Assembly (NCBI GenBank): GCA_017520845.1
Contig: JAFXEU010000052.1
Span: 23,621 to 87,620 of the forward strand
Origin: Kiritimatiellia bacterium
Lineage (GTDB): Bacteria > Verrucomicrobiota > Kiritimatiellia > RFP12 > UBA1067
Direction of reading: 5' to 3'
Length of the DNA: 64,000 nt
The notes under the pieces are model-generated. The model was given only the letters and a program-made list of their open reading frames with translations. It searched no databases and was not told where the DNA came from. Positions 37,506 through 47,209 of the stretch are shown here, piece by piece (the stretch's first letter is position 1; each line of letters begins with the position of its first letter). A program made the translations under genes and the position numbers.

Positions 37506-40346
37506 TTAAAGAAATTTCGCCGTAAACGATCTCGGCGACGATTTTACTTTTTCAAGCGGTCCTTCCACGACGACCTCTCCTCCGCCCGATCCGCCGCCGG
37601 GTCCCATGTCGACAATCCAGTCTGCCGATCGGATAACATCGATATTGTGCTCGATGACAATTATCGTATTTCCCTGGTCGCGCAGCTTGAGGAGAAGGTT
37701 CATCAGTTTGGCAACGTCATCAAAGTGAAGGCCCGTCGTAGGCTCGTCGAGAAGATAGAGCGTCCTGCCTGTCGAGCGCTTCGAAAGTTCTGTCGCGAGC
37801 TTTATGCGCTGCGCCTCACCCCCCGAAAGCGTCGTCGCCGACTGCCCGAGAGCGATGTACCCTAAGCCCACATCAACAAGCGTTTTAAGTTTCCTCGCAA
37901 GCGACGGAACCTTCGCGAAAAATTCGTACGCCTCCGCGACCGTCATCTCCAACACTTCGGCGATTGACTTTCCGCCATAGGTGACTTCAAGCGTCTCCGC
38001 ATTGAAGCGCTTACCTCCGCACTGTTCGCACGTCACGTACACATCCGGCAGAAAACTCATCTCAAGCTTTCGTAATCCGTCGCCGCCGCAGACTTCACAG
38101 CGCCCGCCTTTAACGTTGAACGAGAAGCGTCCCGCCGTGTATCCGCGCGCGCGCGCAGCCTCGGTCTTCGCGAAGAGTTCGCGTATCTCCGAGAAAAATC
38201 CGACATACGTCGCGGGATTGGAGCGCGGCGTACGGCCGATCGGGGACTGATCAATCTCAATCACCTTGTCAAAATTTTCGTCGCCCGTAAGCTTTTTATA
38301 TTTCCCAGGTCTCGCTTTTGAATTGTAGAATTTTTTCATCAGCGCCCGCTTGAGGGTTTCCTCAACGAGTGTTGACTTGCCCGAGCCGGAAACTCCAGAC
38401 ACCACCGTAAATGCACCAATGGGAAAATGCGCCGTCACGTTCTTCAGATTGTGCTCCGAGCAGTCCGAGATAGAGAGGAAGGAGTTAGTGGTTAGGGGAT
38501 AGGGGATAGGGGTCAGGGAAGCATTTCTTTTAACTCCTTTACCGACTCCTGACCTCTGACTCCTGACTCCTGACTCCTGAGAGGAGACTTTCTTCTCTCC
38601 CGTCAGATACTGCGCCGTGAGAGAGCCGCATTTCAAAAGCCCGTCAAAATCGCCTTGATACATGACGCGCCCGCCCTCGCGCCCTGCGCCGGGGCCGAGA
38701 TCGACTATCCAATCGGCGGCACGCATCATCTCCTCGTCGTGCTCAACGATGACCACCGTATTGCCGCGGTCGCGAAGCCCCTTCAACGTCGCGATAAGCC
38801 GCTCGTTGTCGCGTGGATGAAGCCCGATTGTCGGCTCGTCGAGAACATAAAGAACTCCCGTCAATCCGGAGCCGATCTGGGTCGCCAGCCGTATGCGCTG
38901 CATTTCTCCGCCCGAAAGCGTCGACGACGCGCGATCGAGAGTAAGGTAATCAAGCCCGACATCGATAAGAAACTTAAGACGCCGGCGTATCTCCTTCATA
39001 ACTTCACCGAGTCCCGCGAAACGCGTATCGCCCTTCTCGTCGATCGACTCGAAAAACTTAAGGGCGTCGGTGATGCTCATCGCCATCACCTCGACGATCG
39101 TTCTGCCCGCGACGCGCGCGGCCCGCGATTCCGGCCTGAGCCTCGCGCCGTTACATTCGGGGCAGACCTTGTAACTCTGGTACGATTCGTACTTCGAGCG
39201 CGTCTCGTCGTCTTCCGCCTCTTCAAGACGCTTTTGAAGAACGGCCAAAACACCTTCGAAGGGTCTATCGACGCTCCGCCACGGGAGGATAAGATCGTCC
39301 TTGAAGCCGTGCATCAGGTTTTTGCGGAATCCCGCCGGCAACTTTTCATAAGGCGTTGAAAGATCGACCTTGTACTGCCTGGAGATCTGCTCCAAAAGCG
39401 CATTGTAGTACATTATCGCGTTATGGCCCGCGCGGCGCCACGGATGGATGCACTCTCTTAACGGAAGCGTCTTGTCGGGAACAACGAGATCCTCGTCGAA
39501 AAAATACAGCTGGCCCAATCCCGAACATACAGGGCATGCGCCAAACGGCGAGTTGAACGAAAAGCTGCGGGGCTTGAGCTCGTCGAATGAAATGCCGCAA
39601 TCGACACAGGCGTTCAGTTCGGAATAAACGACGCTCTTGCCGGTTTCGACATATTCCACGCTCAATATCCCGCCGCCCGATTTAAGCGCCAGTTCCACGG
39701 AATCCGTAAGGCGCGTTCTGTCGCAGGGCAGAACGACGCGGTCGACGACAATATCGATGTTGTGGGATTTTTTCTTATCGAGCTCAGGAACCTCTTCGAT
39801 CATGTAAACGGATCCGTTGACCCGCACGCGCGCGAAGCCTTTGCGCTTCAACTCCTCGAATATATTTTCGTGACGGCCCTTTTTCCCCTTGACGGCAGGG
39901 GCGTAGATTACGGCCTTACCTGTCGTTTTCAAAACGGAATCCACAATCTCCTCGGCGCTTTGACGCTGAACGGGCCTGCCGCATTCGGGGCAGTGGGCGA
40001 TCGCGGCTGAACCGTATAGGATACGAAGATAGTCGTGTATCTCGGTAACGGTCGCCACGATAGAGCGCGGATTACCGCTCGTCGTTCTCTGTTCAATCGA
40101 AATCGCGGGACTTAATCCTTCGATCTTCTCGACGTCCGGTTTCGCGAGCCGGTCGAGAAACTGCCGCGCATAAGCCGAAAGCGACTCGACGTATCTGCGC
40201 TGGCCCTCCGCATAAAGCGTATCAAACGCGAGCGACGACTTACCGCTCCCGGAAAGTCCCGTCACGACGGTTAGTGAATTGCGCGGAATCGTTACGTCGA
40301 TCCCCTTAAGGTTGTGCATCCGCGCATTTGTTATCTCAATATCCAT
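37506..40346 (-). CDS. uvrA: excinuclease ABC subunit A, carrying an in-frame ~90-bp repeat-element insertion in the inter-half linker
   Basis: Two ABC ATPase halves with zinc-finger insertions. The start is [15 protein letters not shown] (cf. E. coli MDKIEVRGARTHNLKN). The linker GEKKV-[[39 protein letters not shown]][11 protein letters not shown] is encoded by the heptamer element at 38491-38582. Confidence 0.9.
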   Translation of the reverse strand: MDIEITNARMHNLKGIDVTIPRNSLTVVTGLSGSGKSSLAFDTLYAEGQRRYVESLSAYARQFLDRLAKPDVEKIEGLSPAISIEQRTTSGNPRSIVATVTEIHDYLRILYGSAAIAHCPECGRPVQRQSAEEIVDSVLKTTGKAVIYAPAVKGKKGRHENIFEELKRKGFARVRVNGSVYMIEEVPELDKKKSHNIDIVVDRVVLPCDRTRLTDSVELALKSGGGILSVEYVETGKSVVYSELNACVDCGISFDELKPRSFSFNSPFGACPVCSGLGQLYFFDEDLVVPDKTLPLRECIHPWRRAGHNAIMYYNALLEQISRQYKVDLSTPYEKLPAGFRKNLMHGFKDDLILPWRSVDRPFEGVLAVLQKRLEEAEDDETRSKYESYQSYKVCPECNGARLRPESRAARVAGRTIVEVMAMSITDALKFFESIDEKGDTRFAGLGEVMKEIRRRLKFLIDVGLDYLTLDRASSTLSGGEMQRIRLATQIGSGLTGVLYVLDEPTIGLHPRDNERLIATLKGLRDRGNTVVIVEHDEEMMRAADWIVDLGPGAGREGGRVMYQGDFDGLLKCGSLTAQYLTGEKKVSSQESGVRSQRSGVGKGVKRNASLTPIPYPLTTNSFLSISDCSEHNLKNVTAHFPIGAFTVVSGVSGSGKSTLVEETLKRALMKKFYNSKARPGKYKKLTGDENFDKVIEIDQSPIGRTPRSNPATYVGFFSEIRELFAKTEAARARGYTAGRFSFNVKGGRCEVCGGDGLRKLEMSFLPDVYVTCEQCGGKRFNAETLEVTYGGKSIAEVLEMTVAEAYEFFAKVPSLARKLKTLVDVGLGYIALGQSATTLSGGEAQRIKLATELSKRSTGRTLYLLDEPTTGLHFDDVAKLMNLLLKLRDQGNTIIVIEHNIDVIRSADWIVDMGPGGGSGGGEVVVEGPLEKVKSSPRSFTAKFL
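38491..38582. repeat. heptamer-repeat element inside uvrA: (GGGGWTA)x5 G-quadruplex motif GGGGATAGGGGATAGGGGTCAGGG + 25-nt spacer + (CTGACYC)x5
   Basis: Seen directly. It is in frame with uvrA. A second copy with the same architecture and orientation lies in coaE (51199-51280). Confidence 0.7.
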
Positions 40347-40353
40347 ATTCGCC

Positions 40354-41130
40354 TCAACGCGTCTCTTCAAGCGGTTCATTGTCGCGCGATCTCAGAAGAA
40401 GCGAGGGATTCTCCCTGATTTCGTCAGCGAACTCCCTCAGCGACGCGGAGGCCGCCGACAGATTTTCAAGAATCACGCTGATCTGAGGAGTTGAGGTTTC
40501 GACAAGGACGTCCAGATCGGAGGTAAGCTTCGCCGTCGATTCGACAATCTCGGTGACATTGCTGCCGACGCTCGGGAGATTCATTCTGTTCAGGTGATTT
40601 ACCGTCCGCGTCAGCGAGTCCGCGAAATTCTCAAACATCGACGGCGCGGGCGGAATCATGGTATGCCTCGGATTCCATGAAATCGGAGCCGGGTCCTGCG
40701 GCGTACGCGGATAATCGAGTTCCAACCGCGACAGTCCCGTTATTCCGTTTGAACGTACGGTCGCGCGAAGCCCCATTTTGACCTTCTGCTCGAGAGCGCG
40801 AGCGGCCGACGCATCCTGCCCCAATCCCATCAAATCCGTATCTACGGAAAAAAGAATGTGTATTTTCTCGCGGTCCGCCTCGTTGGCGGTAGGGTAATCC
40901 CGTCCGACGAAGGACACCGCCCTGACGGAACCGACCTTGACTCCGCGGAACGTTATGGGGCTTCCCTCCGAAAGTCCCGAAACGGGATAGTTGTAATATG
41001 TCTCAAGCAGAATTTCCCTGGAACCGTTTACCCAACCGCCGAAATATGCGACTGTCGCGACGATGGCCGCAACGCCCAATATGACGATGAAGCCGATTTT
41101 GGCGTAACTAGGTGAATTGTCTCTTGCCAT
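40354..41130 (-). CDS. MCE-domain protein (MlaD/PqiB-like)
   Basis: N-terminal TM helix plus the MCE domain (ILLETYYNYPVSGLSEGSPITFRGVKVGSV). Confidence 0.7.
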   Translation of the reverse strand: MARDNSPSYAKIGFIVILGVAAIVATVAYFGGWVNGSREILLETYYNYPVSGLSEGSPITFRGVKVGSVRAVSFVGRDYPTANEADREKIHILFSVDTDLMGLGQDASAARALEQKVKMGLRATVRSNGITGLSRLELDYPRTPQDPAPISWNPRHTMIPPAPSMFENFADSLTRTVNHLNRMNLPSVGSNVTEIVESTAKLTSDLDVLVETSTPQISVILENLSAASASLREFADEIRENPSLLLRSRDNEPLEETR

Positions 41131-41873
41131 TATTCACTCCCCCTGTTGAAGAACCGCTTCACAAAAGCGTCCTCCGATTTATGTTTGAGTTCCTGCGGTC
41201 TGCCGAGCGCGATCATCGCGCGCCGCGACTTGTCGAACATCGCGCACCTGTCGGCTATTTTGAAAATGCTGTCCAGCTCATGGGTGACGATGACAAACGT
41301 CATTCCCTTCTCCGCTCTCAGCTTCAGTATCAGATCGTCAAGCGCGGCAGACGTTATCGGATCGAGCCCGGCGCTCGGCTCATCGAGAAAAACGATCTCC
41401 GGATCGAGTGCCATGGCCCGCGCGATCGCGACGCGCTTTCGCATTCCGCCCGAAATCTCCGAGGGCATCTTATCTGCCGCATCTTCAAGTTCTACATCCC
41501 TCAAAAGCTGCATTGCCCTCTCGCAACATGCGCGTTTCTTCGAGGAAGTGAACTCTCGGATCGGCAGCATCACATTCTCAAGGCACGTCATAGAACCGAA
41601 AAGCGCACCGCTTTGGAACATCACGCCGATCTTCCTGCAAAGTTCCGTTCGGGTGTCAAAATCCCATTCAAGCCCGGCGACGCGCAGGTTTCCCGACAAA
41701 ACGGGATTAAGTCCGATCATGTGCTTCATCACCGTCGACTTGCCGCATCCTGAACCGCCGAGAAGAATGAAAATCTCGCCTTTGAAAACATTGAAACTTA
41801 TATTCTCAAGAATCACCGCCCCGGGATATCCGGCGTCTACGTTCTGGAGCTGAATCATCGTCTGCTTTTCCAT
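41130..41873 (-). CDS. ABC transporter ATP-binding protein (MlaF-like)
   Basis: Walker A GGSGCGKST, signature LSGGMRKRVAIARA and Walker B IVFLDEPSAGLD. The likely start is MEKQTMIQLQNV at 41873, right after the permease stop. Confidence 0.8.
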   Translation of the reverse strand: MEKQTMIQLQNVDAGYPGAVILENISFNVFKGEIFILLGGSGCGKSTVMKHMIGLNPVLSGNLRVAGLEWDFDTRTELCRKIGVMFQSGALFGSMTCLENVMLPIREFTSSKKRACCERAMQLLRDVELEDAADKMPSEISGGMRKRVAIARAMALDPEIVFLDEPSAGLDPITSAALDDLILKLRAEKGMTFVIVTHELDSIFKIADRCAMFDKSRRAMIALGRPQELKHKSEDAFVKRFFNRGSE

Positions 41874-41887
41874 CACCCTACTCCAGA

Positions 41888-42682
41888 TTAAACCCCGCAG
41901 ATATAACACAAGACGGCAAGAAGACCGTCGATCAAAGCGATTGAAACTATCCCGCTGACAACAGCCGAAGTCGCCGCGACGCCCACCGCGTCCGCGGTAG
42001 ACTTCGCGCGCATTCCGGCATAACATCCAACCATACCGATCGCCAGTCCGAAAAGCGCCCCCTTAACAAGACCGAAAACAACAGCGAACAAGCCGGTAGA
42101 GTCGGTCACATGTTCAACAAAAACCTCAAACGGCACGCCCATCAGCGAGAGCACCCCCGCGCCGCCCGCAAGCCCGGCAAGTTCGGCGAAAACGGTCAGT
42201 ATCGGCATCGCGAGAACCGCCGCGGCCACCCTGGGAGGCACGAGGAAACGGACAGGCGAGAGCCCCATGGTGGTAAGGGCGTCCAATTCCTCGTCGACCT
42301 TCATCGTGCCGATTTCAGCGGCGAACGCGCTTCCGGAACGCCCGGCGAGAACAATCGCCGTCACGAGAGGTCCGAGTTCCCTGAAAAGTCCGATCGCCAG
42401 AAGATCGGAAACATAAACCTCCGCGCCGAACATTCTGAGCGCGGCGGCCGATTCAAACGCGAGGATCAGCCCGAGAAGGAGTCCTATACCGGACGTGATG
42501 ACAAGCCCGTCGAACGCGGCCCGCTGGAACGCGAGAAAAAAGTCTCCCGCCCGGAATCGGCTCGGATGGAATAAAATTCCGCCGAAAGCGCAGACCGATT
42601 CTCCGATATAGGCGCAGACGTCCGCGCACGAGCGGCAGGCGCCCGCGACTTTAGATCCGACGAATGAAAACGGACTGATCAC
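41888..42682 (-). CDS. ABC transporter permease (MlaE-like)
   Basis: 264 aa, multi-TM, MlaE/YrbE-like topology. Shares an operon with the MCE and ATPase genes. Confidence 0.7.
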   Translation of the reverse strand: MISPFSFVGSKVAGACRSCADVCAYIGESVCAFGGILFHPSRFRAGDFFLAFQRAAFDGLVITSGIGLLLGLILAFESAAALRMFGAEVYVSDLLAIGLFRELGPLVTAIVLAGRSGSAFAAEIGTMKVDEELDALTTMGLSPVRFLVPPRVAAAVLAMPILTVFAELAGLAGGAGVLSLMGVPFEVFVEHVTDSTGLFAVVFGLVKGALFGLAIGMVGCYAGMRAKSTADAVGVAATSAVVSGIVSIALIDGLLAVLCYICGV

Positions 42683-42683
42683 T

Positions 42684-43247
42684 TCAGAGCCTCTTGAGCG
42701 CCTCGCTCATGGATCGGGTGAACGCCGTTGAAAACGCTTTTGTATAATCCGCATCCGCGGTCGGGGCGACGGCCTCGCCGCGGGACGTCGAGATCACTCT
42801 GCGCGATTCGCAAAGTCTCAGCATAACGGCGACGGACGCCTCTCGCCTGCCTTCCGTCCGGCAGTCGAGGGCCAACCGGGTAACCGTAACCTCAAGCTTC
42901 AGCGGCGAAGCGACCGACGATTTCGAATCGAGAACGACATCCGCAAACCCGGCCGACTCCAGGGCGTCGAAGACCGCTCCGGACAGCAGACGTTCGGGTG
43001 TCGATGCGAACGCGTTGCAGGGATCGAACGCGATCGAGCCGTCGGCTCTCAAGACCGCGAGCGCCGTTCCGTCGTACGGGGGACGCACGTCGACACGCGA
43101 GATCCTGACCGAAGGTTTCCGTACCGCGGTGATTTTCGGCATCTCTCCTTTTATCTCGGTAACGTGCCACTTTTTGGGTGCGGGCGGAACGGAAGAAAGA
43201 CAACCGCAGAACGCGGCCGTCACTGCAAGGTAAAAAGCGGTTTTCAT
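42684..43247 (-). CDS. lipoprotein, ABC-transport auxiliary component-like (PqiC/YmbA-like)
   Basis: Lipobox AAFCGCLSS. 187 aa. Sits immediately upstream of the MlaE/F/D-like genes. Confidence 0.45.
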   Translation of the reverse strand: MKTAFYLAVTAAFCGCLSSVPPAPKKWHVTEIKGEMPKITAVRKPSVRISRVDVRPPYDGTALAVLRADGSIAFDPCNAFASTPERLLSGAVFDALESAGFADVVLDSKSSVASPLKLEVTVTRLALDCRTEGRREASVAVMLRLCESRRVISTSRGEAVAPTADADYTKAFSTAFTRSMSEALKRL

Positions 43248-43263
43248 TCTTCGCGCCTCCTAT

Positions 43264-44331
43264 TTATCTAAAAACCCAGGTCTTCTGCAGCTTGTAGGAC
43301 AGAAGAAAAAGAATCAGATCAACTGCGATCTTAATGCCCGTGATTCTCACTCCGCATGCGTTGAAAACGGTGCTGACCAAAAAAGTTCCCGCATACGATA
43401 ATGCCATAACGGCGCATGCCAGCGCCGCGTACCTGCAAATCGACAGGGACTGCCGGTTTTTGGACCGGAAGACGAAATGCCGGTTTAAAAGATAATTCAC
43501 GCCGGCCGAAACAACGCGCGCGGCGATGACCGATATTAAGATGTAGACGCTCCTGTCAAGCGCAAACGGTGCAAGCGCGCAGAGCAAAAGCGTGAAGACG
43601 CCGTTATCGACGAAGAAACCCGCAAAAGACGAGCCGATGAACTTGAGAAACCTCCCGCCGAAAAGACCGCGGTAGATTCTCACCGTATCGCGCACGGGAC
43701 GGAAGTGGGATGTGCGGTTGCTTTCGATGTAGATGGTGCGTATCGATACCTGTTCCAGCGACTCGCGCATGTCCGCAAGCTTGCCGAAAAGTCGCATCTC
43801 ATACTCGAACCTCTCCCCTTCCGTGTCGAGCATCATGTCGAACAGGCGCCGCGGAATCGCCCTCAATCCGGTCTGCGTGTCATAAATCGGAATTCTGAAC
43901 ATAAGACGGACCAGAAAGGCGGTAACCACGTTCCCGAAGCGGCTTCTGAACGGAATGCCGGCCTTGTGAAAATCTCTGACGCCCAGAGTGACACGGTCGG
44001 TCTCAACGGCCTTCTCGACGACCTTTACGACATCATCGGGCCGATGCTGCCCGTCGCCGTCGACAAAAACCGCCACCTTGACGTCAGGGCGGTTCTCCTT
44101 CAGCCAGGCTATGGCCGTCTTTATCGCGCGGCCCTTGCCGCGGTTGATTTCATGGCGGACCAGGGAAACGCCTTCGGGCAGAAGATCAAAGCCGCCGATA
44201 TTTTCAACGCTTCCGTCATCAACCACGACGACCGTCGAATACAATTCGAGAAGCGAATGCGAAAGGGCCGTGAGCCCGGGCTCAGGATTGAAGACCGGTA
44301 TGACGGCGGCGACGGTTTTATTCCGGATCAT
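43264..44331 (-). CDS. family 2 glycosyltransferase fused to a GtrA-like 4-TM domain (polyprenol-phosphate sugar synthase-like)
   Basis: GT2 DxD region (VAVFVDGDGQH) and a C-terminal 4-TM GtrA-like tail (FAGFFVDNGVFTLLL...). Confidence 0.65.
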   Translation of the reverse strand: MIRNKTVAAVIPVFNPEPGLTALSHSLLELYSTVVVVDDGSVENIGGFDLLPEGVSLVRHEINRGKGRAIKTAIAWLKENRPDVKVAVFVDGDGQHRPDDVVKVVEKAVETDRVTLGVRDFHKAGIPFRSRFGNVVTAFLVRLMFRIPIYDTQTGLRAIPRRLFDMMLDTEGERFEYEMRLFGKLADMRESLEQVSIRTIYIESNRTSHFRPVRDTVRIYRGLFGGRFLKFIGSSFAGFFVDNGVFTLLLCALAPFALDRSVYILISVIAARVVSAGVNYLLNRHFVFRSKNRQSLSICRYAALACAVMALSYAGTFLVSTVFNACGVRITGIKIAVDLILFLLSYKLQKTWVFR

Positions 44332-46046
44332 CTGCCACCGCCTTCCTTAAAACAGGAACTGGACCAGACGGGCGACGGGAAGCCGTCCGTCTGCGACCAG
44401 TAGACCGAGTCGTCCCTCTCGAGAAGGCGAGGACCGGTAAAAACCAACGGCCATGAAACATCAACCGCATTTGTCCCTTCAAAAGAAGGCGAAGCTCCAT
44501 CTGGCAGAAATCTGTTTTTAACGACATACTCCCAGTTATCGAGAGGTTTTTCAAAACGATAATCCCGAAATTCGGCAACCGTATCGATGTTTCTCTGTCG
44601 GATTCCTTCATCACGAACCTGGCGAAGAAAGGTCGATGCGCACACATACGCCTGGTTGAGAGCAAAAACGGCCAAGACAGAAATTGCAACCTGCCGCATA
44701 CGCGCGGGCAGCGAGAAAACAATATTGAACCACAGCACGGCTATCACGAAAAATACGAAGTTGGCGTATCTCGAATATCCGATATATTTAACCGGCACCA
44801 ATAAAAAGGCCAACAGCAGAATCCAGGCGACAAAAGTGGTACGGTTGCGGTTTATGAAGAGAGAGAGAAGCGCACCGGACCAAAGAACCAGAGAAAACAT
44901 CCAACCTTGACCGCCGGACAGAAACTCCCATTTCCATTGAGGATCGAAACCGTCGACAGAATACCAGATTCTGCAGCCCCAGACCGCGAGCGGTTTACTT
45001 ACCCATGCGTAAACCATCCGCGCGACATATCCCATTCTGTTCGCATCTTCGTTGCCGATGAAATCGCTCGTCAGATCCATGGTTGGAACGTCCGCACGGA
45101 AGCTGTGGGCCGGATAAAAAGGAGAGCCATAACGCCACGCCGACGCCCAATAGGGAATTACACAAAAAAAGGCAAGCGCCGCCAGAAAAACAAGAAGCCC
45201 GAAGCGCATATCCTTTTCCTTGCGGCCGATGACGGCGGCGGAGATAAGGAGCAACACTACGCACGCCAGGCTGTTCATCTTGGTCGCGACGGCAACGACG
45301 GCGCATCCGAAAAACATGTACAAATCAATTCTGCTTTTCGTATCGAGCCACATCCTGAGCGACATTGCCGCAATGGCGATAGCCGAATACGCCACATAAT
45401 CGACAAGCCCTGAAAAACACGCTTCCGCAATGATGGTATTCGAACAGAGCAAAGCCGCAAAAACGGCAGAGGTCCGGCGCCCGGCACGGAAAACCGAGGT
45501 TGAGAATCTGTAACCGGAAATCGCCAGAGCAAAACACATAAACCAAAGCGCGTATCCGCCGGCAGAAAAAAGCCCGAAGGCAGACTGCATCTGAGCGGCG
45601 AGAATTTGGGAAAACTTCGGTGCGGCGATGATGTGATAAGCCAGAAAATCCTTAGCCTCGGACACGCCGCGGCCTGCAAAACGCGCGCGTACAGCCTCGA
45701 CCGACGATTCGGTTACCGGATTCCACCCGTCCTCAAGAAAATGACTTATCGGCAAATGACAGATCGACGCATCTACATGAACGTAGGTAAAAGTGTAAAA
45801 AGTCAAAAGAAGCGTCAAGAGATTGAGTCCGATCATCCAAAGACCCGCTTTTCGCGAATACCAAAAGGCCAATCCCGTCACTGCGGCGAATGATGCCCAA
45901 AAATGCCAGGCGTGAAGAGAACAACCGATGAGAAAACATGCATTACTCAAACCAAATCCCAAAAGCAACTGCAAAACGAGAAACGCTTCAAGTCTCATTT
46001 CTCGCTTTTCATTCGCGCAATTATTATTAGATCTGGTAAAAAACAT
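44328..46046 (-). CDS. GT-C-fold integral membrane glycosyltransferase (ArnT/PMT-like), about 12 TM
   Basis: Polytopic membrane protein of 572 aa, overlapping and co-transcribed with the upstream GT2-GtrA gene. This is the classic polyprenol-P-sugar synthase plus GT-C transferase pair. An alternative start is MRLEAFLV at 45998. Confidence 0.5.
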   Translation of the reverse strand: MFFTRSNNNCANEKREMRLEAFLVLQLLLGFGLSNACFLIGCSLHAWHFWASFAAVTGLAFWYSRKAGLWMIGLNLLTLLLTFYTFTYVHVDASICHLPISHFLEDGWNPVTESSVEAVRARFAGRGVSEAKDFLAYHIIAAPKFSQILAAQMQSAFGLFSAGGYALWFMCFALAISGYRFSTSVFRAGRRTSAVFAALLCSNTIIAEACFSGLVDYVAYSAIAIAAMSLRMWLDTKSRIDLYMFFGCAVVAVATKMNSLACVVLLLISAAVIGRKEKDMRFGLLVFLAALAFFCVIPYWASAWRYGSPFYPAHSFRADVPTMDLTSDFIGNEDANRMGYVARMVYAWVSKPLAVWGCRIWYSVDGFDPQWKWEFLSGGQGWMFSLVLWSGALLSLFINRNRTTFVAWILLLAFLLVPVKYIGYSRYANFVFFVIAVLWFNIVFSLPARMRQVAISVLAVFALNQAYVCASTFLRQVRDEGIRQRNIDTVAEFRDYRFEKPLDNWEYVVKNRFLPDGASPSFEGTNAVDVSWPLVFTGPRLLERDDSVYWSQTDGFPSPVWSSSCFKEGGGR

Positions 46047-46088
46047 TTATCGGCAAAAACCTTTCACTCAAATCACATTATACCATCT

Positions 46089-47195
46089 TTATGGCTTTTT
46101 TGTGAAGTTCTTAACAATCACCCTGTCGTCGAAGGGATACTTCACACCCTTTATCTCTTGGGTCGTTTCGTGACCTTTTCCGCAGATGAGAACCACATCG
46201 CCCTCTTGGGCTTCTTTAAGCGCGAATTCTATCGCCTTGGCACGGTCGGCTTCAATATGAACCTCACCTCCAGGCGCGATGCCTTTCTTTATATCGTCGA
46301 TAATCGCCATGGGTTCTTCGCTTCTCGGATTGTCGCTCGTTACGACAACGACATCAGCAAGACGACCGGTAACTTCACCCATCAGCGGTCGCTTCATCGG
46401 ATCTCTGTCGCCGCCCGCGCCGAAAACGACCCAAAGCCGACCTTCGGTGAATCCCCTCGCCGCCCCGAGAACTTTCTCAAGACCGTCAGGCGTATGGGCG
46501 AAATCAACATAAACCTTGGCGGCTGACGCGCACTTAACGTACTCTAAGCGTCCCCAGCGCGGCGTCAGAAGCGGGATGGTCCTTTGGATTTCCTCGCGGT
46601 CGACGCCCGCCGCCTCCGCGAGCGCCGCGGCAACAAGAACGTTCGACTTGTTATAGTCGCCTACAAGCTGAAGATCCGAAAGATCGTAGCGCGGCCTTTT
46701 AATCGTAACGGGAATCACGTTTAGCGGCAATTTCCCGACGGCCTCGAGCATCCGCTCGCCGTTCTCGCCGTCGAGGCAGACGACAAAAGGCGGCATATCC
46801 CGCCGTCCGTCGGTCGGCTTCGGAGAATAGGTCGCGGCGATCTTTTCGGCGAATGAGAGTTTTACACGGAAATACTCATCCATCGTCTTATGGTAGTCAA
46901 GATGATCCTGCGAAAGATTCGTGAACGCGCCGCCCGCAAAAACGGTGTCGCCGGTACGGTTCTGATGAATCGCGTGGGAAGAAACCTCCATCACGCAATC
47001 CTTCGCGCCCGCCTCTTCCATTTCCGCGAAGATTGATTTCAGCACCGGCAGAGGCGGAGTCGTGTAACCGGTGGAGAATTTTCTTTTAAGCGTATCGACC
47101 TCGACAGTCGTAACGTACGCCGATTTCAAAAACTCGGAAAGAATCCACGTCGTCGTGGTTTTACCGTTCGTTCCTGTAATGCCCCAGACTCTCAC
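46089..47195 (-). CDS. MurE-like Mur ligase lacking the N-terminal UDP-binding domain (368 aa)
   Basis: Starts directly at the P-loop MRVWGITGTNGKTTTT. Retains MurE central and C-terminal motifs, including TSDNPRSEEP (the DNPR motif of meso-DAP-adding MurE) and GKGHETTQEI...FDDR. Only 15 nt separate it from the upstream rmlD stop, leaving no room for an N-terminal domain. Confidence 0.6.
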   Translation of the reverse strand: MRVWGITGTNGKTTTTWILSEFLKSAYVTTVEVDTLKRKFSTGYTTPPLPVLKSIFAEMEEAGAKDCVMEVSSHAIHQNRTGDTVFAGGAFTNLSQDHLDYHKTMDEYFRVKLSFAEKIAATYSPKPTDGRRDMPPFVVCLDGENGERMLEAVGKLPLNVIPVTIKRPRYDLSDLQLVGDYNKSNVLVAAALAEAAGVDREEIQRTIPLLTPRWGRLEYVKCASAAKVYVDFAHTPDGLEKVLGAARGFTEGRLWVVFGAGGDRDPMKRPLMGEVTGRLADVVVVTSDNPRSEEPMAIIDDIKKGIAPGGEVHIEADRAKAIEFALKEAQEGDVVLICGKGHETTQEIKGVKYPFDDRVIVKNFTKKP

Positions 47196-47209
47196 TTCGA
47201 TAATTCCTT

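Noticed and set aside
38461-38590. CRISPR array possibility for the short repeats
   Set aside because: The repeat unit is 7 bp with no spacers of 25-40 bp and no cas genes. The arrays are in-frame coding sequence.
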